From: an uncultured Solirubrobacteraceae bacterium
GTDB taxonomy: Bacteria; Actinomycetota; Thermoleophilia; Solirubrobacterales; Solirubrobacteraceae
Direction: 5' to 3'
DNA length: 64,000 nucleotides
NCBI GenBank assembly: GCA_963826345.1
Contig: CAWGWU010000015.1
Location: forward strand, 40,536 to 104,535
In this document: positions 20,326 through 29,635 of the stretch, one piece after another
How the letters are laid out: each line of letters opens with the position of its first letter
How positions within the stretch are numbered: position 1 is the stretch's first letter
Notes under the pieces: model-generated
Told to the model about the DNA's origin: nothing
Database searches by the model: none
The model's input: the letters and a program-made list of their open reading frames with translations, nothing else
Made by a program: the position numbers and the translations under genes

Positions 20326-21778
20326 GACAGCGCCGAGGGGGCGGGCGGCGAACGGCGACAAGCCACCGAGCCAGGCGTGGACAGTGGTCCTGGCGTCGGT
20401 CGGCGTGTTCATGACCGCGCTCGACACGATGGTCGTGACGACCTCGCTGCCGGTTCTGCGAGCCGACCTTCACGCCAGCCTGGCCAGCCTCGAGTGGACG
20501 GTGAACGCCTACAACCTGTCGTTCGCGTGCCTGCTGCTGACGGGTGCTGCGCTCGGCGACCGATTCGGACGGCGGCGCATGTTCACAATTGGAATCGGCG
20601 TGTTCACCGCCGCGTCTGCCGCATCGGCGCTGGCGCCGAGCGTCGGCGCACTCGTTGCCGCGCGCGCCTTCCAAGGGGCAGGAGCGGCGATCGTGATGCC
20701 GCTGACTCTGACGTTGATCAGCGAGGCATTCCCGGCCGAGAAACGCGGGGCTGCGATCGGTCTCTGGGGCGGTATCACGGGCCTGGCGGTCGCCACCGGG
20801 CCCGTCGTCGGCGGCGCGATCGCGGGAGGCATCAACTGGCACTGGATCTTCTGGCTGAACCTGCCGATCGGGCTCGCGCTGATGCCGCTCGCGGCGCGGC
20901 GCTTGAGCGAGAGCTTCGGCCCGCGGCCGCAGCTCGACCTCGTCGGGCTCGGCCTATCAGCCGCCGGCGCATTTGGGATCACCTGGGCGCTCGTGCGGGC
21001 CGACACCGTCGGCTGGGGCAGCGTCGAGACCGTCGGCTCGCTGCTCGCGGGCATTGCGCTGATCGGCGGCTTTCTCGAGTGGGAGCGACGCGCAAGAGAC
21101 CCGATGCTGCAACTCGCTTTCTTCCGCGACCGCACCTTCGCGACGGCCAACGCGTTCAGCTTCTTCACGTGGGCGGCGCTGTTCGGGACGCTGTTCCTGA
21201 TGGCTCAGTTTCTTCAGATCGCGCTGGGGTACACGCCGCTCGGAGCGGGGATCCGTCTCCTGCCGTGGACAGGCGCACCGATGGTCATCGCGCCAATCGC
21301 CGGCGCGCTCTCGGAGCGCTATGGCAATCGCCCGTTCATGGCGGCCGGCGCGACACTGCAGACGATCGGCATCGGGTGGATCGCCCTAATCGCGAAACCG
21401 GGCATGGGCTACGGTGAGCTCGGCCTGGCGCTGACCGTCTCGGGCATCGGGATCTCGATGTGCCTCCCTACCGTCGCCAACGCGGTGATGGGCTCGGTCC
21501 CACTTCCCGAGGCTGGCATCGCTTCCGGGACGAACTTCATGCTCCGTGAGCTCGGCGGCGTCCTCGGAATCGCTGTGCTTGCGTCTGTATTCGTGCACGC
21601 CGGCGCCTACACCTCGCCGCAGGTGTTCGTGGAAGGGTTCACCGACGCTCTCTGGGTTGCCGTCGCCTTCTCCGGCGCGGCGATCCTCGCCGCTCTCCTC
21701 GCTCCGGCCCACAAACGTACGCACCAAGCGCAAGCCCCCGCCCAGCACGGCCTCACCCTCGGCGAGGAGGGAGCATGA
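20318..21778 (+). CDS. DHA2-family (14-TM) MFS efflux transporter
   Basis: MTALD..VV, W.VNAY.L, GDRFGRRR, WIFWLNLPIG. Confidence 0.93.
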   Translation: MSKTAPRGRAANGDKPPSQAWTVVLASVGVFMTALDTMVVTTSLPVLRADLHASLASLEWTVNAYNLSFACLLLTGAALGDRFGRRRMFTIGIGVFTAASAASALAPSVGALVAARAFQGAGAAIVMPLTLTLISEAFPAEKRGAAIGLWGGITGLAVATGPVVGGAIAGGINWHWIFWLNLPIGLALMPLAARRLSESFGPRPQLDLVGLGLSAAGAFGITWALVRADTVGWGSVETVGSLLAGIALIGGFLEWERRARDPMLQLAFFRDRTFATANAFSFFTWAALFGTLFLMAQFLQIALGYTPLGAGIRLLPWTGAPMVIAPIAGALSERYGNRPFMAAGATLQTIGIGWIALIAKPGMGYGELGLALTVSGIGISMCLPTVANAVMGSVPLPEAGIASGTNFMLRELGGVLGIAVLASVFVHAGAYTSPQVFVEGFTDALWVAVAFSGAAILAALLAPAHKRTHQAQAPAQHGLTLGEEGA

Positions 21779-21812
21779 CCTCCGGATCATCGACATGCAG
21801 AAGGAGAACGCC

Positions 21813-22559
21813 GTGAGTGACCTATCAGGCAGGACCACCATCGTCGTCGGCGCCAGCCGGGGCTTGGGGCGCGGGATCGCCGGCGCGCTCGCCGAGGCCG
21901 GCGCCCCGGTAATCGCAGTTGCCCGCAGGGGCCCCGCGCTTGCCGAGCTGCGCACCGCCAACGCGAACATCGGGATCGAGGTCGCAGACGCCGGCGATGC
22001 AACGGTCGCAGGCAGTCTCCTCGACCGTCACGAGCCCGAGGCCGTCATTGTGGTGGCGGGCGCAAGTCCGCACATACGTCCGCTGCAAGATCAGACCTGG
22101 GACACGTTCTCCGTCAACTGGCACTCGGACGTCCGGATCGCGTTCTACTGGCTCCGTGAGACCCTGCGCAAGCCGCTGCGTCCCGGAAGCAGGGTGATCG
22201 TGATCAGCAGCGGGGCCGCCGTGGCGGGGTCGCCGCTCAGCGGTGGCTACGCGGGCTCCAAGGCCACTCAGCGCTTCATCACCGGATACGCCCAGGAGGA
22301 GGCGACGCGCGCCGGCATGGACATCACGTTCACCGCGGTGCTGCCCCAGATCACCCCACTGACAGGCCTCGGCCGGCCTGCGGTCCGGGCGTACGCTGCC
22401 CGCAACGGCCAGTCGGAGGAGGAGTACCTGCAGCGGATGGGCGAGCCGCTCACCCCGGAGGTCGCAGGCGAGACTGTGGTCGAGCTGATCCGGGCCGACG
22501 CAGCGACACTCGCCGCCAGCTACCGGCTGACTGGCGCCGGGCTAGAGGATCTACGTTGA
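21813..22559 (+). CDS. SDR oxidoreductase
   Basis: VGASRGLG, ISSG, YAGSK; AAGGAG RBS before GTG. Confidence 0.88.
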   Translation: MSDLSGRTTIVVGASRGLGRGIAGALAEAGAPVIAVARRGPALAELRTANANIGIEVADAGDATVAGSLLDRHEPEAVIVVAGASPHIRPLQDQTWDTFSVNWHSDVRIAFYWLRETLRKPLRPGSRVIVISSGAAVAGSPLSGGYAGSKATQRFITGYAQEEATRAGMDITFTAVLPQITPLTGLGRPAVRAYAARNGQSEEEYLQRMGEPLTPEVAGETVVELIRADAATLAASYRLTGAGLEDLR

Positions 22560-22646
22560 CCCGGACCACGCTATCCGTTCCCGGCTCGGCCGCCTCGACG
22601 CACGATGGGGTAAGAGCCGGCGGCCGGACCGGCCGATAGGAGTTCA

Positions 22647-22985
22647 ATGACTACATCGCCCGCAGACTCCAGCGCACAGACCATCGACGAGTTTCACGCC
22701 AACGCGGGCCGCGTCGGTGGCGTGTTCGAGGGAACCTGCACGCTGCTGCACACGTCGGGGCGAAGTCCAGGAAGAGGCGCGTCACTCCCCTGGCCTCCCG
22801 AGCGACGGTGGGCGCTACGTCGTGATCGCCTCGAATGGATGAGCCCGGACCAGTCCAGGCTGGTGCCACAACCTCAAGGCGCAGCCCACCATCACAATCG
22901 AGGTAGGGCGGTCGACGTGATCGCCGTGGTCGGGACAGCCAAGAGCAAGAAGACCCCGCCAGCCGATCAGTACACCTACGAATAG
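22647..22985 (+). pseudogene. Degraded F420-dependent nitroreductase (DDN/FDOR-A-like) remnant
   Basis: IDEFHANAGRVGGVFEG..LLHT.G N-terminus; YVVIASNG and HNLKAQPTITIEVG appear in shifted frames. Confidence 0.7.
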
Positions 22986-23050
22986 CCACCGGGGTAGATC
23001 GAAAGCCCGTGAGCCGTCCGCTTGGGTGCCGACAGTGTGCGAGCCCCGGG

Positions 23051-23953
23051 TCAGGGCAGCCCGGAGTGGGGCACGTCGACGACCGTCGTGAGCAGCACGG
23101 ATTCGCGCGTGTCGGCGCGGTTGGCCTCCAGGAAGTCCGGGGCAGCGCACATCAGCAGGGTGCGCCCGTCCGAGCCGCCGAGCATGCACGCAAAGATGCC
23201 CAGGCCCTCTGGTGCCTTGATCTCGTCGACGATCTCTCCGCCTTCGGCGATTCGCGCGCAGCGGGCGCCGACTGCGTCCGCTGCCCATATGCACCCGTCT
23301 GCATCCAGCGTGCAACCGTCTGGCGCGAACTTCAGGCTGGGGAGCGTCTGCGCGAGTGGGCCCATCTCGGGCGTGGCTGCCACCTGTGCCCAGATGCGCC
23401 GGCCGCTCACCGAGCCGTCGGGGGCCAGCGTGAACGCCGTGTAGCGCGCGCCGGCGGTCTCGCCGATGATCAAAGTCCCGCCGTCAGGGCTGATGACCGC
23501 GCCGTTGGGAAAGAGGAGATCGTCTGCGAGCACCGTGACGGCGCCATCGGGATCGACGCGCATCAGCTTGGCCGGAGCTGGGTCGGCGAAGGCCTGCAGG
23601 TCGAAGCCGAACTCGCCCACATATGCTCGCCCGCGAGCGTCGACCACCATGTCGTTGAGGTGGCCGCCGCAGTGCTCGGCGAGATCCGCATGCACCGATA
23701 CGGCACCCGCGGGGGAGCGGCGCAACAGGAGGTGATCCTTCATCGACACGGCGAGAAGCGAGCCATCGGGCATCCAGCCCAGGCCCGAGGGCTGGTGCTC
23801 GACGGTCATGACCGCGGCCGCGGAACCGTCCGGCTGCACTGTCATCACCTGTGTGCGGTAGAAGTCCGAGACCCACCAGCGGCCGTCGCGCCAGCGGGGA
23901 CCCTCGAAGAACCCGCCGCCCTCGAGAAGTGTCGCCAACTCGCGCGAGGCCAT
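23051..23953 (-). CDS. SMP-30/gluconolactonase/LRE family protein
   Basis: FFEGPRW, NDMVVD, FPNG, PDGCTLDADG. Confidence 0.92.
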   Translation of the reverse strand: MASRELATLLEGGGFFEGPRWRDGRWWVSDFYRTQVMTVQPDGSAAAVMTVEHQPSGLGWMPDGSLLAVSMKDHLLLRRSPAGAVSVHADLAEHCGGHLNDMVVDARGRAYVGEFGFDLQAFADPAPAKLMRVDPDGAVTVLADDLLFPNGAVISPDGGTLIIGETAGARYTAFTLAPDGSVSGRRIWAQVAATPEMGPLAQTLPSLKFAPDGCTLDADGCIWAADAVGARCARIAEGGEIVDEIKAPEGLGIFACMLGGSDGRTLLMCAAPDFLEANRADTRESVLLTTVVDVPHSGLP

Positions 23954-24050
23954 CGGCGGAGACTACCCCTACCCGCCGGCCGGGCGTGACTTGACACGGT
24001 GTCGATCCCGGGTCTACCGTGGCCGTCCAAGCCTGGGACGGAGAGAGTGG

Positions 24051-25502
24051 ATGGGCGATCGGATCCTGCTGCGCGGCGGGCTCGTGGTGACGATGGATCA
24101 GCGGCTCGGCGAGCTCGCGGGAGCAGACGTCTTGATCGACGGCCCGAACATCGCCGATGTGGCCCGGCACATCGACGTCCAGGACGCTGAGATCGTGGAC
24201 GTCGCCGGGCACGTTGTGATGCCCGGCTTCGTCGACACGCACCGACACACCTGGCAGACCCCGTTTCGCGGGGTCTGCGCGGACTGGACGCTCGAGGACT
24301 ACTTCCGTGGGATCCGCATGTCGATCTCTCCCAACTGCTCGGCAGAGGACATCTACGCCGGCAACTACGTCGGGGCGCTGGAAGCCCTCGACGCCGGGGT
24401 AACCACGATCCTCGACTTCTCCCACTGCAACAACACCCCTGAGCACGCCGACGGCGCGCTCCAGGGTCTGCGCGACGCGGGCATCCGTGCGATGTTCGCC
24501 TACGGCTACTACCCGGCGCCGACGGTCGCGCCGGTCTTCACAGAGCACCAGCAGCGACTCGCGGACGCACGGCGCATCCGCGAGCAGCAGCTGTCCAGCG
24601 ACGACGCCCTCGTCACCATGGGCGTCGCGCTGACCGAGGTCGGGCTTCTTCCCTTCGATCAGACGATCGCCGAGGCTCGCTCCGCGCGGGAGCTGGGAGT
24701 GCCCAGCGTCCTGCACACCGGGTGCAATTGGGGCTCCCTTGCCACGGAGGGCATTCCAGAGCTCGACCACCACGGCCTGCTCGGGGCCGAGCAGGTGCAC
24801 GTGCACTGCAACACCCTCGACGACCGGGACTTCCGTAGGCTCGCCGACCACGACTGCAAGGTCTCGTCCAGCCCGGAGACGGAGATCCAGATGGGCATGG
24901 GCCACCCGGTGATCCGCCGGGCGCTGCAGTTCGGGATGCGGCCGAGCCTGTCCTGCGACGTGATCTCCTCCAACTCCGGCGACATGTTCAGCCAGATGCG
25001 GATCGGACTTCAGTTTGAGAGGTGCATGCGCAACGACACGTTCAACGCCCGCAACCTGATGCCCGAGCCCCTCGATCTCACGGTTCGCGACGCATTGCGC
25101 TGGGGCACCGCGAACGGCGCCCACGCGATGGGCCTGGAGCACCGCATCGGCTCGCTGACGCCCGGCAAGCAGGCCGACGTCATCGTCATCGGCGGGCGGC
25201 GGCTGAACATGGTCCCGATGACCGATCCCGTCGGTTGTCTGGTCGCGCAGGCCAACCCGTCCAACGTTCAGCACGTGCTGGTGGCCGGGCGTTTCGTCAA
25301 GCGCGACGGCGAGCTGGTCGGCATCGATCTCGCCCACGCCATCGACCTCGCGCAGACGGCCTCGGAGCAGGTGCTCGGCACCATCACCGCCGGCGGCCAG
25401 CCACTGCTGCCTGAGGTGCCAGAGGGCTTCGCCGACCTCATCAACACGATCGCAGCCCAGAATCTCGCACGCGCATGGAGCATCGAGGTGACCGGCGAGT
25501 GA
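24051..25502 (+). CDS. Metal-dependent amidohydrolase (SsnA/AtzA-like)
   Basis: PGFVDTHRH, VHVHC, SCD, GSLTPGKQAD. Confidence 0.92.
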   Translation: MGDRILLRGGLVVTMDQRLGELAGADVLIDGPNIADVARHIDVQDAEIVDVAGHVVMPGFVDTHRHTWQTPFRGVCADWTLEDYFRGIRMSISPNCSAEDIYAGNYVGALEALDAGVTTILDFSHCNNTPEHADGALQGLRDAGIRAMFAYGYYPAPTVAPVFTEHQQRLADARRIREQQLSSDDALVTMGVALTEVGLLPFDQTIAEARSARELGVPSVLHTGCNWGSLATEGIPELDHHGLLGAEQVHVHCNTLDDRDFRRLADHDCKVSSSPETEIQMGMGHPVIRRALQFGMRPSLSCDVISSNSGDMFSQMRIGLQFERCMRNDTFNARNLMPEPLDLTVRDALRWGTANGAHAMGLEHRIGSLTPGKQADVIVIGGRRLNMVPMTDPVGCLVAQANPSNVQHVLVAGRFVKRDGELVGIDLAHAIDLAQTASEQVLGTITAGGQPLLPEVPEGFADLINTIAAQNLARAWSIEVTGE

Positions 25503-25579
25503 CCTGAGCCGCTGGCGCGCAAGGGCCTGCGGGTTGGCCGCGAAGGTCCGCGCCGCAGCGGTGGCGCTAGGCTCGGCGC

Positions 25580-27031
25580 ATGGGTGCTAGCGCCGACGAT
25601 CCGTCCGAGGCGGGAAGGCTGCCCACCGGCCGGCTCGCGCGGACGGCTCGCGTCGGCGGATTAGTGACAGGTCAAAGCCTGCGGTGGGCGGGGATGCGTA
25701 CCGCCAACTGGGCTCGCACTCCCGAGCGCGCTGCGTCGGCCGAAAGCGAGCGGACGGCGGCGCTCGTGCAGCAGCTCGTCGATCAGCTTGGGAAGATGCG
25801 CGGCGCCGCGATGAAGATCGGGCAGATGATCTCGATGGTCGAGTTCGACGGCCTCCCGGAAGACGAGCGGGATGAGCTGCAGCGCCGCCTCGCAGCGCTG
25901 CGTGACGATGTTCCGCCGGTGCGGTTCGCACAGCTCGAGAAGCTGATGCGCCAGGAGCTAGGTGGGCCGCTCCGGCGCGTGTTCCGCGACTTCGATGAGC
26001 AGGCGTTCGCCGCGGCATCGATCGGCCAGGTCCACCGCGCCATCACCGTCGACGGCGAGGAGGTGGCCGTCAAGATCCAGTACCCGGGGGTGGCGGAGGC
26101 GGTCGAGACGGACCTGCGCAATGCGACGCTGCTGCTGCCGCTCGTCAAACGGCTCGCCCCCGGGCTGGACGCACGGGCGCTCGCCTCCGAGATGCGCGAG
26201 CGCATCTCGGAGGAGCTCGACTACGAGCTCGAGGCCCAGAACCAGCGCCGCATCGGACGCCTCATGCGCGGGCACCCGTTCGTCCTCGTGCCGCGAGTTC
26301 ATACGGACCTCTCGACCCGACGGGTGCTCGTGTCCGAATACGTCGAAGGGGAAGGCTTCGAGGCCGTACGCCGGGCCGATGAGTCACGGCGCGACCGTTA
26401 CGGCGAGATCGTCTTCCGGCTCCATTTCGGACTGCTCTATCGCGACCGCATCGCGCTCGGGGACCCCCATCCCGGTAACTACCTGCTGTGCCCGGACGGC
26501 CGGGTCTGCTTCCTGGACTTCGGGCTCGTTCGTTACGTCGCTGCCGCCCGCGTCGCGGCGGAGCGGGCGATCGCCCTCGCCGTCCGCGAGAGCGACGCCC
26601 CGGCTGTCAAGGCGGCGCTGCTCGCCGGCGGCTACCTCCCAGCCGAGCGCGCCGACGCGGTCGACGCCGACTTCGCGCTGGGGCTCATGCGAATGGCCGT
26701 CAGGTGGTATGCGGCGCCCGGGGACCGGCGCTTCCTGCCCGACGACGAACGTCGGGGACGGGATCGAGAGCCTTCCGACAGCGCGGAGCGGGCCGCGATG
26801 AGGACACAGGTGAACCAGTTCACCCTGCCGCCGGAAGCGATCCTGATCCGGCGCATGCACGGCATCGTCGCCGTCGTTCTGCGACAGCTCCGAGCGGGAG
26901 CGGACTGGGGCGCGATCGCCGGCGAGTACCTGCACGGGGACCCTCCGGCCACGCCGCTCGGGCGAGCGGAGGCCCAGTTCTTCTCGCGGCCCGGGCCAGG
27001 TGCACGTGCCACGCCGGAGCGCGCAGACTAG
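25580..27031 (+). CDS. ABC1/AarF/UbiB-family atypical kinase
   Basis: MKIGQ, AAASIGQVH, VAVKIQYP, DPHPGN, LDFG. Confidence 0.93.
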   Translation: MGASADDPSEAGRLPTGRLARTARVGGLVTGQSLRWAGMRTANWARTPERAASAESERTAALVQQLVDQLGKMRGAAMKIGQMISMVEFDGLPEDERDELQRRLAALRDDVPPVRFAQLEKLMRQELGGPLRRVFRDFDEQAFAAASIGQVHRAITVDGEEVAVKIQYPGVAEAVETDLRNATLLLPLVKRLAPGLDARALASEMRERISEELDYELEAQNQRRIGRLMRGHPFVLVPRVHTDLSTRRVLVSEYVEGEGFEAVRRADESRRDRYGEIVFRLHFGLLYRDRIALGDPHPGNYLLCPDGRVCFLDFGLVRYVAAARVAAERAIALAVRESDAPAVKAALLAGGYLPAERADAVDADFALGLMRMAVRWYAAPGDRRFLPDDERRGRDREPSDSAERAAMRTQVNQFTLPPEAILIRRMHGIVAVVLRQLRAGADWGAIAGEYLHGDPPATPLGRAEAQFFSRPGPGARATPERAD

Positions 27032-27248
27032 ACGCGTCGCCCGCCGCGACAGCCCGCGGACGTTCCTTCGTTTGCGAGCGAGAGGTGACAGGTCCAATCC
27101 CGGTTGGCCTCGCCCGCGGGGAGCTTGCTGCTCATCGGTTTGCTGTCGCGTGCTGGTGGCGTCGCCCAGCCTGCCGCGATCTGGGTCGACGCGAGCATTC
27201 GCGCCACGGGCCACCGTGTGCCGGTCCGCTTGCCGGTAGGGTTGGCGT

Positions 27249-28403
27249 GTGCGTATCGGGCTCGCGGCCATCATGTGTTCGCTCACACTCTTGGCGGCAT
27301 CGTCGGCTACCGCCGCAGCGAGCTGCCCGGCGACGCCGGTCGACCCCTACTCCAGGGCCGTCCTCGCGGACTCGCCGATCGCCTATTACAGACTCGACGA
27401 GGCCTCGGGCCCAACGTTGTGCGACAGCTCCGCATCCGCGACGAACGGGGCCTACAAGCCCGCCGGCGTCGCGTTCGGCGTGTCGGGCGCGCTGCTCAAC
27501 AGCCCCGACAGCGGCGTGGCGGTGCTCGGCCCGAGCTCCGGTATCGGCGACGGCGGGCCGGGGCTCACCGGCAATCACAGCTTCACGCTCGAGGGCTGGT
27601 TCCGCAGCACCGGGCCCGCACAGACGGAGATGCTCGTGGACATGGGCACCGCGGGGACGGGTGCGATCGCGGGGCTCGGCGTGTCCAACAGTGGTACCGG
27701 AAGCACCCTCAGGCTGGACACCTACAACGGGGTGGTTGACTGGCCGACGGGTGCCACCAGCGTGTACGACGAACAGTGGCACTACCTCGCCGTCAGCTAC
27801 GAAGCGGCCTCCGGTCAGGCCACCGGCTACCTGGATGGAGTCAACCTCGGACCGAAGGCGTCGCCGCACAGGCTGAACCTGGGTGCTTCCAACATCCGCC
27901 TCGGCTGGTGGGTCGACACGTACCTCAACCACCCCTTCACGGGCAACGCCGACGAGGTGGCGATATACCCCAGCGCGCTCGCGCCCGCACGCGTCTACGC
28001 TCACCTCGCGGCGAGCCGGTCCGGCGCTCCTGGCGCCGCCAGCAGTCCCGCGAGCTCATTTGTGGTCACGGTGCCGCGGATCACCTGCGCCGGCCCCTGC
28101 CGGGTGATCCTCGTGAAGGTCAGGATCCTGGGCCCGGGCCAGGTGACGGTCGAAGAAGCGCTCCCCGCCGGCGCGGGAGCGGTGAGCGCGATCGCCGCGC
28201 GACGCAGGCACGTGGCGCTGATCAGCGCGAGCCATGTGACGGTCGGTTCGCCCGGGACCGTTGAAGCTCCGGTGAAGCTCACCGGAGCCGCCCGGAAGCT
28301 GCTCAAAGCCAAGCACCGGCTGGTCGTGAGGCTGCGGGTCAGCTTCAAGCCCGCGAGGGGCAGAAAGGTGAGCAAGACCACCTCGCTTGTCCTCCGCGGT
28401 TAG
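27249..28403 (+). CDS. Secreted LamG/concanavalin A-like domain protein
   Basis: Signal peptide; YYRLDE, FTLEGW, WHYLAVSY, YLDG, F.G..DEVAIY; basic C-terminal domain. Confidence 0.85.
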   Translation: MRIGLAAIMCSLTLLAASSATAAASCPATPVDPYSRAVLADSPIAYYRLDEASGPTLCDSSASATNGAYKPAGVAFGVSGALLNSPDSGVAVLGPSSGIGDGGPGLTGNHSFTLEGWFRSTGPAQTEMLVDMGTAGTGAIAGLGVSNSGTGSTLRLDTYNGVVDWPTGATSVYDEQWHYLAVSYEAASGQATGYLDGVNLGPKASPHRLNLGASNIRLGWWVDTYLNHPFTGNADEVAIYPSALAPARVYAHLAASRSGAPGAASSPASSFVVTVPRITCAGPCRVILVKVRILGPGQVTVEEALPAGAGAVSAIAARRRHVALISASHVTVGSPGTVEAPVKLTGAARKLLKAKHRLVVRLRVSFKPARGRKVSKTTSLVLRG

Positions 28404-28435
28404 CCGAACCGCCAAGGAGGCGCGGTTTGCTGCGG

Positions 28436-29065
28436 CTAGAACTTCGCCGTCGCGGCCTCAGGGAACCGGAAGCTGCGCATCAGGCCGGCGAGGCGCTCGC
28501 CGTCGCCGCGCACGCCCGCCGCGCGGCTCGGATCCTCGTCGCCGCGCGCGAGGCGGATGAAGCCCACGCGATCGCAGCTGACGCTGACATCGGGCCGGAC
28601 GGGGGCCGGGCCGTCGAGCAGCTCGGAGTGCCCTCCGGCGACCCTCAGCCAGAACCGTTCGCCGTCGACGTCGAACTCGTAGACGCCGTCGGGAGCGCAC
28701 CCGCCGGAGTGCTCCATGTTGGCCCGCATCGTCATCGCGGCCCATGCTGCACGGGAGCGGGCTTCATCCTGCTCGGGCCACGGTACCTCGAGCCCCCAGA
28801 GGGCGAGGCTCTCGAGCACGGGGACCAGCTCGCGCCCCCGGTCGCTGAGGCCGTAGGCCGAAACGCCGGCGAGCCCGGGCATCTCCTCGTGGCTGATGAT
28901 CCCGGCGTCCTGCAGCGAGCGCAGGCGGGCCGCGAGAAGGTTCGTGCCGATCCCCTCCAGGCCCGCGGTCAGGTCGCGGAATCGCTTCGGCCCGCGCGCG
29001 AGTTCACGGACGATGAGCAGGGTCCATCGCTCTCCGAGCAGATCCGGCCCGCCACCGACACTAGG
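28436..29065 (-). pseudogene. HxlR-family regulator with C-terminal SCP2-like domain, 5' end eroded
   Basis: DLLGERWTLLIVREL..GPKRF.DL motif is intact, but the usual CxxARAL N-terminus is out of frame and no good start exists. Confidence 0.65.
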
Positions 29066-29073
29066 CTCTTGCT

Positions 29074-29442
29074 GTGCTCGCGGTGCTCGCAATCACGTGG
29101 CTGTTCAACACGGTCGCCCTGTATGTGGCGACCTGGCTGCTCGCGGGCCTGGACTACGGCGAAGACTGGTGGGTCCCGCTCGTCGCCGGGCTCGTGTTCA
29201 CGCTGGTCAACTCGTTCCTGAAGCCGGTTCTCGCGATCCTCTCGATCCCCTTCATCATCCTCACGCTGGGCATCTTCTACTTCCTGATCAACGTGTTCAT
29301 GCTCTATCTGACGCACTGGATCGTTCCGCAGTTCACGATCGAAAGCTTCTGGTGGGCAGCGCTGGCCGCGGTGATCATCAGCATCGTCAACGGGGTCCTG
29401 CACGCGACCGTCGGGCGTCCTGAAGAGCTCACGTCGCGCTGA
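29074..29442 (+). CDS. 4-TM phage-holin-like (YvlD/DUF360) membrane protein
   Basis: VNSFLKP.L.ILSIPF.ILTLG.F...IN..ML; TAGGCT box 6 nt upstream of GTG. Confidence 0.88.
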   Translation: MLAVLAITWLFNTVALYVATWLLAGLDYGEDWWVPLVAGLVFTLVNSFLKPVLAILSIPFIILTLGIFYFLINVFMLYLTHWIVPQFTIESFWWAALAAVIISIVNGVLHATVGRPEELTSR

Positions 29443-29635
29443 GCGCTCGTCCGCCGACACGCGCGACCTCTCGGCTCGCAGCGCCCTGGATCGCGCTGCG
29501 CGATCCGACCGCAATCGGGCCGGACCCTAGGCCTACAGGACAGCTGCCGGGGCACGTATTGACAGTTATCCGTCGCACCGGCTCGCCGAGACGTGCCTCA
29601 CCGGCGCACGTGTCGTGCGGACGTCGAGCTGAGGA

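Noticed and set aside
23484-25337. Long antisense or alternative-frame ORFs (also 41734..43230, 52857..54221, 55885..57405, 57336..58754)
   Set aside because: Shadow ORFs expected in high-GC DNA opposite well-supported genes
29074-29442. Holin-like gene as a prophage marker
   Set aside because: This 4-TM family is commonly chromosomal, and no endolysin or other phage genes are nearby
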